A stretch of 64,000 nucleotides of DNA from Octopus vulgaris (GCA_951406725.2 OX597827.1:67580001-67644000), one strand, 5' to 3'. Shown: positions 28,053 to 41,156, counted from the first letter of the stretch. Notes: generated by a model from the letters alone, not told the origin. Translations and numbers: made by a program.

Positions 28053-28861
28053 TCATACATACATCATATACATCAGTCGGTGCTCGTGTGAATAGCGACT
28101 TAGAGAACGCATACAAAGAAACACTGCATCAGAAAATGCATGTTCCGTTCAAACTGAAAATCCGGGAAATTTCTTTCAGTCGCCGAGTCTACAAATAAGT
28201 AGAAGAATGAAAGTACTGCCTCACATTTAGTCTTTGATTACAGCTGTTTCAACATATCGTTTCAATATATCACTTGACAATTTAGAAAACAAGATCGTGA
28301 TCAATCACTATGTAATATGGATAATCTAATATTGAATCTATGTTTTCATCATGTACTGGATGAATAAATTAATACGAGAACAACTTGGGTGTGTTCACTG
28401 AAAATAATACATAAAGACGAGTTGATATGAATTGTTCGCGTTCTGACAGGATGACCTAGCAGAATCATTAGAGTCCTGGACAAATTGCTTATCACCATAT
28501 CTTCCGGCGTTTTGCTCTGAGTTCAAATTTTGCTGGATGGACTTTGTCTTTTGTCCTTTCGAAGTTTAATATAAGAACTAACAGAGCACTGAAGTCGACT
28601 AGCTACCTCCCCAAAATGTCAGACCTTGAGCCCTACAATAGAAAAAGTTTTTTATAATAAGAATACAAAGTCACAGAAGGAAGAAAGGACGCTCACGGAC
28701 TAGAAGCTGAAAATTGTCTTTTGAGCTACATTATATCAATTAGTCGAGTGGCTTGTACTTTCCTCTCAACCCGACAGAGTATCGAACCCCTAGAAATTGT
28801 CTTTCAACTAATAGGTTTCTTGCAAGGAAATCATTAACATCAGCCTCAATGATTTTAGAAG

Positions 28862-29173
28862 TTTTGTTTGTTTGCGCCCTTTTCAAGCTTAGCCAGGTTC
28901 ATGGGCCCGGTTTCCCGGATTCTATGGCGTATCTGTTCCCCCAGCTGGATGGGACGTTAGTCCATCGCAGCGTTACTCAAGAAACAGGAAGAAAGAGTGA
29001 GAGAAAGTTGGGGCGAAAGAGTACAACAGGGGTCACCACCACCCCCTGCCGGAGTCTCGTGGAGCTTTAGGTGTTTTCGCTCAATAAACACACACAACGC
29101 CCGGTCTTGGAATCGAAACCGCGATCCACCGACCGCGAGTCCGCTGCCCTAACCACTGGGTCATTGCGCCTCC
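28862..29173 (-). mobile_element. tRNA-derived SINE (family B head, tail type 2)
   Basis: 11-bp TSD GATTTTAGAAG; head GGAGGCGCAATGACCCAGTGGTTAGGGCAGCGGACTCGCGGTC; (AAAC)n tail. Confidence 0.85.
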
Positions 29174-29892
29174 GATTTTAGAAGGCCTATAGAGAAAACG
29201 AACACTACCGATTTCTACAGACCTGGGAATTACAAAATGTTCTCTAGGATGCCTGTGTACACAGCAGCAAGGTCCCAGATGTCTTTATGAAGTATAAATG
29301 CATAAAGACACTAATATGATTTCTAGCTTAATCACAATGCCAGCAAATTTGTCGAAGAGTGGAGAGTAAACGATCAGATCTAATCTAATTCTTGACTAGT
29401 AATTATTTTATCGAACCTGAAAATAATGTGCAAGTCCCTTAATATAATCCTTGTAACTTGTATTGCTTTAGAAACAAGTCTTCTAAAGGCATTAAAATTG
29501 CTCATTTACAATGCAGTATATTAATGTGGAAAGCTTTAATGTAATATAGTTCATAAAAAGGCTTCACTTGAAAGAGTTATATTTGAGAAGAGGGATTAAA
29601 TTTTCATGCAATCCTTCGTAATGGTGAGGCAAATTTGTAATGCATTGTATTACGACAAACATGATTAATTAAATCCGCATTGAAAAGGGCCAACAGAATC
29701 AATTAAATTAGCGTAAAACAACGGAGAACTATACTCTGAAAGCACATTCCAGCTCAGCTTACTCGCATAAACAAAAGAAGATGTTAAAGAAATGCAAATA
29801 ATCCGATACTAAAAAGGCATATTACATGAAACTCTCATCCTCACATCAAAACATATGATCAAAGATTTACAACAAACAAAGCATTAAACTAA

Positions 29893-29935
<43 letters not shown>

Positions 29936-31053
29936 AGAGATCGACCATTGATATTAATACAAATTATTTTGTTCGTCGATATTTTTTGATATTGTTTAGC
30001 ACAAGGTCAGCCCTGATCATCGAGCAGGCTTATGATCAAAAACATTCCATTCCAACTGTGTTCATAATTACCCAAAAATAAAACGAACGCAATTTTGGAT
30101 CATAAAGAATAAAATAAAACTTCTATAGTGGATGGATCTCGAAGACCAATCCAGTTATAAATTATAATTCATAGTACATAAAGCTACAAAGCGCTTGAAC
30201 GAAAAAAATAAACAAAAACAAAATGGGAATATATACGTGATTCTCGAAACTTGGATCAAATGCCATGCTAATAGTTGTTGTACCTTCAGCTTTCTGAATT
30301 ATGTCTGTTCAAATTAGATGCGCTTAGGAGTGAGATCTTCAAGCCCTATGCATAGATAGGTAAGTAGACTGATATATATATACATACAAAAATGGGGCAA
30401 GAACGCAAAATGTTTAGACAGTTAGGCGATATAAAAAAACATCCAGTCGAGTTTCAGATTATCTTGGCAGTTTCGGCTGGTTATACTCGAGATCGCTCCA
30501 ATCTGGCCAGCCCCAAGGAAAAACTAAGCTAAGAGCACTAGATTCCTTGGAAGAAAGCAGCGAATGTATACGAAAACAAGGAAGGAAAAAACGGAGAAAT
30601 GGTACACAAATACAAATACAAATGGTATACAAATACATTAGCAACGGGTGTCTTTCGACTAAGGATGAATTGAATTCAGTTGGCGTGTGTGGAGGTAAAG
30701 CCTTACGGCAGGGACATGAGATTGAACAGGCACAGGGAGGAATATAGATGTTGCAAGGATGGTAGTCGAACCAAGAAAGGTCAGGCTTGGCCGAACACCG
30801 GTCACGTGGGGAGAGAACAGAGAGACGTAGAGGCAGAGTGATGAAAGATTTAAGGAGGGGCGAGAAAAAATGAAAGGGACAGAGTAAAGTGAAAGAGGAG
30901 GGAAGGTGAGCAAGAAGATAAGGCCAGGAAATGTGAGAGAAGGGGAACGAAGGAACGAACAGTGGAATGAAATGAACGAAGTAAGTGTGAAGAGACTGAT
31001 AGAAAGAAGGGAAGAATGAAAGAATAGAAAGAATAATAGAGTCATACAATATA

Positions 31054-31164
<111 letters not shown>

Positions 31165-31165
31165 T

Positions 31166-31272
<107 letters not shown>

Positions 31273-31721
31273 CTAGATAGATATACTTACACACACTTGT
31301 TAAATACCTAATTTTGAAACGAAAACTTTACAAATTACAAGGGTATATATTACATTTATAAAAAAATGAATAGAAAATGAAGATGTTTATAAGAATTTCC
31401 AATTCAAAACAATTGAAAAAGATTTAAAATTTACTAGCATAATACTTTATTATATTCTTAAAATAATATATTATTTAATAAATAATAAATATTAAATATA
31501 AATCACATACAAACGATTCGATTCTTACCCATAATAAAGTTATAAAACTCCATTGTTTGTGGGCAAGAAACTCCTCAGTGTAATTTTTTATATATTAGGA
31601 TTCAGATTATATATATATATTTAAATTCAGTCCTTTCTTGGATCTGTGAATCCTTATATATAAAACATTACATTGAGGACTTTCTTGATCACAAATTTGA
31701 ATACACACACACACACACATA

Positions 31722-32083
31722 TATAGTTCTATTTTTAAGAGGTGAGGAATTATGTACATTATTTAGATTATTTACATTTGACGGATATTTGTCCTCATCT
31801 TGTCTTTTGTTGTTAACACAACGTTTCGGCTGATATAACCCCCAGTCTTCATCAGGTGTCTTGGGGAAATTTCGAACCTGGTTCTCATTCCTAAGGTAGT
31901 TTTCGATGTTATTATTATTATTATTCAGGCCACTGCTTGAAATCGAACACGGAATCTTGGGGTTAGTAGCCCGCGCTGTTAACCACTACACCATATACCC
32001 GTAGGAGGTTATATCAACCGAAACGTTGTGTTAGCAACAAACAAGATGAGGACATATATCCGTCGAATGTAAATGTAAATAAT
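31722..32083 (-). mobile_element. tRNA-headed element with Penelope-type pLTR and inverted partial pLTR
   Basis: Minus strand: tRNA-like head (32000-31926), (AAT)n linker, hammerhead-containing body. Segment 32004-32083 is an inverted copy of about 31760-31842. Confidence 0.7.
31815..31860 (-). ncRNA. Minimal type I hammerhead ribozyme motif
   Basis: GACAC-CUGAUGA-A-GACUG-GGGGUUAUAU-CAGCC-GAAA-CGUU^GUGUU. Stem I GACAC/GUGUU, stem II with one mismatch, palindromic AACGUU in place of stem III. Confidence 0.65.
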
Positions 32084-32092
32084 GTCTGTGTA

Positions 32093-32178
<86 letters not shown>

Positions 32179-32436
32179 ACATTTACACATTTATATTACA
32201 AACTCGCAGCACATACACACACTCGCGTGTGTGTGTAAAACGTGCGTGAGTATATTTATATGTGTGTCTGAAGATGTATGTATGTGTCAGTGTGTTAATG
32301 TGTGTCAGTATGTGTGTGTATTTAGAATAGGAATCTTTTCCAGATTTGAATTTTGGTCATATTAATTACTGTAACTTAAAACCTCAAAACATCACAGTTG
32401 AAAGAAAAAATTTTTTCAAATTTTTATTCTGACGTC

Positions 32437-32551
32437 TGGAGCTTTAGGTGTTTTCGCTCAATAAACACTCACAACGCCCGGTCTGGGAATCGAAACCGCG
32501 ATCCTACGACCGCGAGTCCGCTGCCCTAACCACTAGGCCATTGCGCCTCCA
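32437..32551 (-). mobile_element. SINE family B head fragment
   Basis: Near-identical to the reverse complement of 60413-60527. Confidence 0.8.
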
Positions 32552-32699
32552 AAGTGAAGTCTAATATAATTACTACTCAACATCTGTAAATATCAAACGA
32601 ACTACATAACGTTTTTGTAATTATGTTTTGTACTGTAATGTCCTATCTCTGTAACGATTTTTATAATCATAATAAAGATTTTATACGACGCTCTTCCAT

Positions 32700-33070
32700 G
32701 ACATCTCCGGTTAAACGTTGTCATGAATTACCTCCCTGGCCCCAACAGACAAATTGGAAAATGCGTTGCTCCGAAGGATGGCGAGGGAGATGCACTGAAA
32801 CAGCCACTCTAACTCACAAGGCTCGTACTAACAGACGGCCATCTCTGCCCCGATAGCGGTGAACAGGTATATGGCCCGGGGGCCAAGAACAACTGTCGGA
32901 AAGCGACCGATACTTAGACAGCTTGCAGGTAGTTGACCCCACCAAGATGCTGCTAGAGAAAGTGTTGCAGTATGTGGCATCCCAGATGAAGGGTCTGCCA
33001 GCACGGAACGGGAAAATCGTCATTCTTCCTGGCCTTTTACTGACCCCTCCGCCGATAGATCAAGAGACAA
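32700..33070 (-). mobile_element. CRE-clade-like RLE non-LTR retrotransposon 3' fragment
   Basis: RMTIFPFRAGRPFIWDATYCNTF...KLSKYRSL...ELEWLFQCISLAILRSNAFS fits the CRE-type RPDGxT..PW..G....WDAT...KY...LS.AI.RGNA pattern. Confidence 0.7.
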
Positions 33071-33341
33071 AACGCCTACCAGTATTTGGTTATCATGTTT
33101 TATCTTCTGAATTCAAATACTGCCAAGATTAGCTTTGTCTCTGCTTCTTGCAGGTCACCTAGGCAGCCACTACTCAAGTTAAAACAACTGTGACCTCTGT
33201 TTTGAATTTTGTAGTGCTCAATATGTTTTAGGAATATATATTCCAAATCTGACGTTCACATTTAAGCATATGGGGATTCAGAAAGTTCTTAAAAGTCTTA
33301 AAAATCTAAAGAGACACATTACATAATTTGGCGACAGATAT

Positions 33342-33647
33342 GTTTGTTTGTTCCTACTCGAGTCATGCCTTGCTCATAAGGGACGGTTTCCCGGTTTCCT
33401 TGGCGTATAGGTTCCCTACCTGGACGGGGCGCCGGTCCGTCGTAGGGGAGCTGCAAGATGCAAGAGGAAAGAGTGAGAGCAAGTTGTGGCGAAAGAGTCA
33501 GCAGAAGTTCGCCGTTATCTTCTGCCGGAGCCGCGTGGAGCTTAGGTGTTTCGCTCATAAACACACACATCGCCCGGTCTGAGATTCGAACCCGCGATCC
33601 CTCGACCGCGAGTCCGCTGCTCTAACCACTAGGCCATGTACCTCCAC
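33342..33647 (-). mobile_element. tRNA-derived SINE (family B variant)
   Basis: TSD GGCG(A/T)CAGATAT; head GTGGAGGTACATGGCCTAGTGGTTAGAGCAGCGGAC; homologous to 52354-52638. Confidence 0.8.
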
Positions 33648-34887
33648 GGCGTCAGATATACTACATCCTAAATTTTTTTTATTATATGGTCATTACTGGG
33701 GCGTTTTTGATCAGCTAGTTATAACAGGACCCATCTGGGACGAAATATTAGAAGCTACTAACAAACGAGAGACAATCTTCGTTGGCTGGAAATAACAACC
33801 AAAATTCCATTAAATGATTTACTATACCATCAGTAGTATACATTGGATAGTGTAGCTTTAGATACATGGATTTGTTCCACCGTATGTCTATATGATGAAG
33901 GACGGTCCGAGACTAAGTGACAATAACTACAACGATGACGACGATGACGACGACCGCGGCTACGGCTGTAGTATTAACAGAATTGTTTGCTGAGGAGAAT
34001 ATGAAGAAGTCACTTCTTGACATATGTCAAATGTCTGAAGCAACCAGCCAGCCTGTTCGTGATTTGCATATTGTGATTTTATCGATATTAAGTTGATCAA
34101 AACGTACTTGAACAAGCTTTTATTTGCTGCCTAAGAACGAGAGCAATATCTTCTAAGAAAAATGCATTTAGATTCTCGAAGACTCTGAAATATATGTCGA
34201 CTTTGCAAATATATAGACCATTTAATCAGAATTTATAGAATAAATCCCCCCCTCCCAAAGGGATTATTACGAATTCCATAATCACTAGTTGTAAAAATCC
34301 TAAAGCGCAAGGATTATAAATGCCAAAATGCCAAAAGTATGTTCCAAATTTGAAATGAATTGATGAACAACATTACGAAATTACAGAAACCTGTTGCAAA
34401 GTGAGTCACATCAGCATTTTCTTGACCAGTTACTGAACGCAGCTGACAGATGAATCAACTATAGAAGAGAAGAAAAATTTTCTATAAAATTGTCGACAAA
34501 TAAATCGATGAATGCTTCGCAATTGACGTTTCATTGCCTAGGGTGTACCTATAAAATTATTTGCCATAAGCAAATTTATGACAAAGTTGTCAACTTGGAA
34601 TTATATAACTTGAGATCACGAAAAATTGTGCAAAAGAGGAAAAAGAAAGAAAAAAATAGAAAGCTTTATGTATTCATAGACAAGTAACTGATATTATGTT
34701 TCAAACAACTTTACAACAAATCTATACGTAAAATACATGCAATAAATATAGATATATAGTATTCATAGTGTATAGCAATACGAAAGTAATTTCTGTCAGT
34801 CGGAATTAAATTATTTGTTGCATTCTGTAGTTAAAGTTTACAATGAATATAAAGTTATTGATGATGATGATGATGATAATAATAATA

Positions 34888-35449
34888 ATGCAGTACCAAG
34901 CAGTGGCTAATGCCCTGATGCAGTACCAAGCAGTGGCTAATGCTCCGATGCAGTACCAAGCTGTTGCTAATGCCCTGATGCAGTACCAGGCAGTGGCTAA
35001 TGCCCTGATGCAGTACCAAGCAGTGGCTAATGCCCTGATGCAGTACCAAGCAGTGGCTAATGCCCTGATGCAGTACCAAGCAGTGGCTAATGCCCTGATG
35101 CAGTACCAGGCGGTGGTTAATGTCCTGATGCAGTACCAGGCAGTGGCTAATGCCCTGATGCAGTACTAGGCAGTGGCTAATGCCCTGATGCAGTACCAGG
35201 CAGTGGCTAATGTCCTGATGCAGTACCAGGCAGTGGCTAATGCCCTGATGCAGTACCAGGCAGTGGCTAATGCCCTGATGCAGTACCAGGCAGTGGCTAA
35301 TGCCCTGATGCAGTACCAGGCTGTGGCTAATGCCCTGATGCAGTACCAGGCAGTGGCTAATGCCCTGATGCAGTACCAGGCAGTGGCTAATGCCCTAATG
35401 CAGTACCAAGCAGTGGCTAATGCCCTGATGCAGTACCAGGCAGTGGCTC
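34888..35449 (+). repeat. 30-bp tandem repeat, ~18.5 copies
   Basis: Unit TAATGCCCTGATGCAGTACCAGGCAGTGGC; runs directly into the element body at 35450. Confidence 0.97.
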
Positions 35450-35705
35450 TCATGACTTCTGATCTTAACTGATTGGAAGTGTTATCGTGTATGTTGTTTT
35501 GTCTTGGTATAAAAGATGGGTTACAACAAATATTCTACTCAATACCACAGATTTGCTTGTCAGTTGTTTGACCTTAACCAGTTGACCATGTCCCTAAGTG
35601 GCTGACGATATATGCATTTCTGATCACGAGTAGAAGTAGTAGGAGAGCATCATAGTCATGTGTTGAGAGGAATTCTTAGGGGTTTGGATAATTCACCTTC
35701 GGAAA
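35419..35705 (+). mobile_element. Truncated second copy of the 17025-17990 element
   Basis: Collinear with 17025-17265 plus 17683-17730. Confidence 0.8.
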
Positions 35706-35949
35706 GTGAGTCTGACCAGTGGCAACCACACACACTCAGCATCAAGATATCGTAGCGTCAGGGTATATCAGTGCATCATTAGCTACGTCATGCCTGGCCC
35801 TCCACAAAACGACAGTTCGCCTTTTGACCAGAAAACCCGTCACTTTTACAAAAAGTAAGAAGAGCAATCGCTCCAGTCTGATCAGCTATGAATAAGACTA
35901 GGCTCGATAGTCAAACAGTAATAGATGACAGTAGTAATAAAAGTGTTCG

Positions 35950-36610
35950 CCATTGCTTCGTTCGCTTTCAGTGATAGCTTCCTCTCGACCATTTCTAAGT
36001 GTGAGCGGTCACACTGCTTGTCAACTCACCTCCTTTCTTGCCCACTTACAAGGCTGTAGCAAACCAAACCAAACCTCGTGCGTTTTAACCCATACGTTCG
36101 TCCAGCGTTCCACGATGCTGTCTGACAGCATGGATTTGCTTCTCCAGGTGCCGAGCTGCAGGTCTATCAAGATTTCCTAGTTAATTTTTACATCCATCGC
36201 CGCTTCGTTTTTCCTCAGAGCGCTGCCGAAAACCTCGATGCGTTTGGAGACTAAGAATATTACAGTGGAGTCGTAGGATAACTCGCATAGTTATCCTACT
36301 AGTTATCCGGCTACCGGCTGAATCCATCGTGAGGATCGTCTCACTACCCCCCTTTTAACAAGGCAGGGCAGGCGATGTTCCCCTGTCTAGTGGCTGTAGT
36401 GAAATAGGTTATGCGGTGGATGAGGCTGAAAGGATTGTGGAAAGACAACTTCCTCTTCGGTCAAGCTCTAATCGACTTTTTTCTTTTCCACTTGGAAAGA
36501 AAGGTGAGGGTGGGGAAGGAAGTACTAGTTCCCAGTGAATTTGTGATAAACGGGTGACCGGTGGCAAAATGGTGAGACTGAATGCCCCTACTCTAAATAT
36601 TCACCTATAG
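35950..36610 (+). mobile_element. Probable additional Tx1-like LINE remnants
   Basis: More GC-rich than the flanks; a degenerate FHLERKVRV segment near 36480-36600 resembles Tx1 ORF2 C-termini. Weak support. Confidence 0.35.
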
Positions 36611-36759
36611 ATTGGGGAGCAACAGTTGGAGAGGGCTCTTGCCTTTGGTGATTAGCCATAGCTGGAGTTTTTTTAAAATCTCACACACACATAAGATAAA
36701 AAGCAATGGCAACACAAACAATAATAGCGATATTCTAGTTCACAAAGGATACTTCTCGA

Positions 36760-37250
36760 AACCTACTGACTTCTGTAATAGTGGCTCGTGTGCCCGCAGG
36801 TATAGAAGGAGCGAGAAGAGGCAGACTTCATGGACCTACCGCATGATATTGAACGGTTCCGAAAGTTGGACATTAATTGTGGTCACGTGGCAGATGTCCC
36901 TTTGCAACGCAGTAATCCAAACTCTGAAGATGCGATTGAAACCATCCTTCATAAGAACAATCACAACGTATTTACGGTCAACCTGATCGAAAACTTTCGA
37001 TTGATCTAAATTAATCATGGTCTCACCCTACCTAGCCAGGTTCATTACCCACCTATTTCAGGATGCATCCTGCGATGTGGAGGTTGTGGTTAGATCTGTT
37101 TAGTATGCCTACGTCTGTACCTTACCTCATCTGCTAGAGAATCGACGATAAACGTCAAACTACCAAAATCATCAACTTTGCATTTAACAGTTACGGGCTC
37201 TTGTCCGAGGTTTTTTGCAGGATTAATCCGACACCAATTTTTCTCAGAAA
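36760..37250 (-). mobile_element. Tx1/L1-clade LINE reverse transcriptase fragment
   Basis: INLDQSKVFDQVDRKY...GFNRIFRVWI...INVQLSEPFNIMR*VHEVCLFSLLLY is a degenerate LDQxKAFD...VRQGCPLSPLLY. Confidence 0.8.
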
Positions 37251-37310
37251 TAGCAATTCTCCCGTTCTGCTACCAGTTGCAGATAGCAAAGATTATCTTA
37301 TACCATGTGT

Positions 37311-37420
37311 ACTACTTGGTACTGCATCAGGGCATTAGCCACTGCTTGGTACTGCATTAGGGCATTAGCCACTGCCTGGTACTGCATCAGGGTATTAGCC
37401 ACTGCTTGGTATTGCATCAT
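37311..37420 (-). repeat. Inverted array of the same 30-bp repeat, ~3.6 copies
   Basis: GCCACTGC(C/T)TGGTACTGCATCAGGGCATTA units. Confidence 0.95.
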
Positions 37421-37944
37421 GGTTAAATCACCATGGAGTATTTTGAATGAGATTTGGCCATTATTTTCTAGTAGAACTGGCCAACACTTACCAGACTCAC
37501 CTCTTTGGATTTGCGCAGATCTTGCTAATTCTGGAATCATTGTTCAATATTTGAAACCTTGTATATTCTTTCACTTCATCTCTCGATCTCCATTCTCCTC
37601 ATCCTTCTCCTATAAGAAAGAATCTTAGCTGTTCCTGTCGTGCTTATCCGTTCTCTGTTAGTACGACCTCCAGCAACCTCCCCTGCCAATTTCGACTTTC
37701 CCGAATCGGTTTTGAAAATAATTTCTGCATTGAAAGCAGAAATCGATAGCAATTAAGGGAAATGTCTTCCCTTAAGTAATGGAAGATAAATAATAATTAA
37801 AGCATCGTTTTCTTTTCCTTCTTTCGGATGACAACAATAAAAACAACGTCAGCTAAAATACACCATAAGACATGTTGCTGACATTCAGGGTGACAAGTAT
37901 TACAGCCAATCAAACGGGAGATACTTCAGAAATTGTTCCTGTTT

Positions 37945-38487
37945 TGATAGTGATGGTGGTTTTGGTGGTGATGGTGGTTTTGGTGGTGGTGGTGGTGGTG
38001 GTTTTGGTGGTGGTGATGGTGGTTTTGGTGGCGGTGGTGGTGGTGGTGGTTGCGGTGGTGGTAACGTTGTTGTAGTCGTGGTGGTAAGGAAAATGATGAC
38101 GACGACGACGATGATGATGATGAGCCTGTCGAGGAGCGAGGAATGGAAGAAGATTGTGATGGCAATTACGTTGCGCGCTGATTATGACAATGATGACAGC
38201 GGTGACGATAATGTTCATAATCGTCATCACCAGCATCAACAACACCATCATCGTCATCATCATCATCGTCATCGTCGTCGTCGTCTTTTTCTTCATTATC
38301 ATCGTCATTAAGCTGTTTTTGATAATGATTTCAAGGATAAAGAAAAATGCATTAATACTGTAGTCATTCACACACACACACACACACACACAAACACGTG
38401 CATGCATGCATGCATGTATATTCGTAGTTGCTGTACGCAATAGATAAGGAGTGGAACATCATAAAAATTAAAGACAAGTGACGAAGA

Positions 38488-38523
<36 letters not shown>

Positions 38524-38609
38524 TATCATCACCATCACCATCAGCACCACCACAACCACCACCATCATCATCATCATCATCATTATCATCATAATCATTC
38601 TTATTATTG

Positions 38610-38701
<92 letters not shown>

Positions 38702-38729
38702 AAGTATTAGTAGTAGCAGCGGCAGCTGT

Positions 38730-38793
<64 letters not shown>

Positions 38794-38985
38794 CTAGTAG
38801 TATATCATCATTATCATCGTCGTTGTCAGCAGCATCATCATTACTGTTATTATTATTTATTTTTCTTTTATAATTTCACTATACGTAAACCCCAACAGTT
38901 TATGTTTGTCTTCGTATTGTCCCCTTTATCCTTCGCCCTTGTGGCAAATAAATGATATCATTATCATTATTATTGTTATTGTTTA

Positions 38986-39078
<93 letters not shown>

Positions 39079-39356
39079 TCATCACTGTCGTTATTATTAT
39101 TATTATTATTATTAATATTATTATTACCATTATTATTATTGTCATCATCATTATCATCATCATCATCATCATCATCATCATTATTATAATTATCATTATT
39201 ATGATTGTTATTATTATTATTGCGATTATTATCGTCGTCATCATTATCATCATCATCATCATCATCTTCCTCGTCGTCGTCATCATCATTATTATCATTA
39301 CTATCAATATTATTATTATTATTATTATTGTTGTTATTATTATTATTATTATTATT

Positions 39357-39388
<32 letters not shown>

Positions 39389-39425
39389 TATTATTATTAC
39401 CGTCCTCATCATTATCATTGCGAAG
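37945..39425. repeat. Compound trinucleotide microsatellite field (GGT, GAT, CAT, TAT, TAG)
   Basis: Seen directly in the sequence. Confidence 0.95.
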
Positions 39426-40016
39426 CTACAGCAATGAAAAACAAACATCGCACATAAATAATACATAAATAATATTAGTCATCACCAGTGAAATAAAAAT
39501 CAAAATAAAAAAAGAAAGAAAAGAAATCAGTGTTGAGCTTAAAAGGATGATTACTATCTTTTGAGAAACTACAGGAAAAAGCAATCAATGGCTAATGGGG
39601 AATGATGCAAAAACAAAGATAATAAATCATTTATCATAGAAGCAACGAAATTTTTCCCGATACAAATTGGGAGACGTGTTTTACTGTTCGTATCTAAATC
39701 TTAATGCAAAGCAAAGGCAGCATGAGACGGCTTGGAATTTGTTGATTTAATGAACCTGAAAAAAATGAACCTGTGCGTGTAGTATATGTTGGTGGTTGTA
39801 TGTGTAGGTGTATGTGTATGTGTATCGGTATGTATGCATGCGTTTAGATGTATGCATGCATATATGTGTGTGTGTGTTTCTGAGTGTGTGTGTGCGTGTA
39901 CGCGTGTGTGAGTAAGAGATAGAGAAGGGCATATACGTACATGCATACATATACGTATATACGTCTGAATGTATGTATATATACATATATATATTCATAT
40001 ATATATATACATACAT

Positions 40017-40099
<83 letters not shown>

Positions 40100-40630
40100 T
40101 ACGTGTACAGTCAGTCCATATTGATCCGTAAGGAGCATTGGCACCCGTATATATATATATATATATGTTAATAAATATCAGGGTAGGAAAAATTTTAGAA
40201 ACTTTTACTACCAGTGGCCTAGTCAGTAAATTATATATTATTCATATAAAAACACTGTACATTTAAACACATAAGAGGTGACACTATAGGACACCTAACA
40301 CGCTAGAAGGAGTAGTCAAAATCCAAACCACTGTTAGGGGAATGAAGATAAAAACATTTACTATCCTTCTCCTGGACCTTTACTTTATTTGCTAATTAAA
40401 GTTCGAAACAATGGCCTGGAAGAAAGATGGTAAATGTTTTTATCTTTCATTCCCTTCGAAAATACCCCTAATGGAGGTTTGGATATTGGCTACCTCTAGC
40501 GTGTTAGGTGTCCTACTAGGGTCACCTCTTATGCGTTTAAATGTACACTGTTTATATATATATATATGTAAATATATAAATATATATACATACATATATA
40601 TAAATATATAAATATATATACATACATATA

Positions 40631-40663
<33 letters not shown>

Positions 40664-40733
40664 ATGTATGTATGTATGTATGTATGTATGTATTTATGTA
40701 TGTATAGCGCTCTTACTGAAGAAGCGCGGATGG

Positions 40734-41109
40734 TATATTAATTTATTTGCACATTAATGCAGAAACTAGAGTCTAGGGGTAACTATAGAAATATTTTTTT
40801 TCATTCCGTTTGAAATTACTCTTATTAGTGGTTTGGGATTTAACTGCCCTTTCTAGCACGTAAGGTGTCCTAGTAAAGGTCACTTCATTTGTGAATAAAT
40901 ACTTACACTAATTTATATATATATATATATATATATTAATTTATTTGCACATTAATGCAGAAACTAGAGTCTAGGGGTAACTATAGAAATATTTTTTTTT
41001 CATTCCGTTTGAAATTACTCTTATTAGTGGTTTGGGATTTAACTGCCCTTTCTAGCACGTAAGGTGTCCTAGTAAAGGTCACTTCATTTGTGAATAAATA
41101 CTTACACTA

Positions 41110-41156
<47 letters not shown>

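Noticed and set aside
34843-35472. ORFs encoding (MQYQAVANAL)n as a repetitive protein, or the array as a CRISPR
   Set aside because: These are translations of a 30-bp tandem repeat with an internal stop. There are no spacers, and the unit matches a mobile-element terminus.
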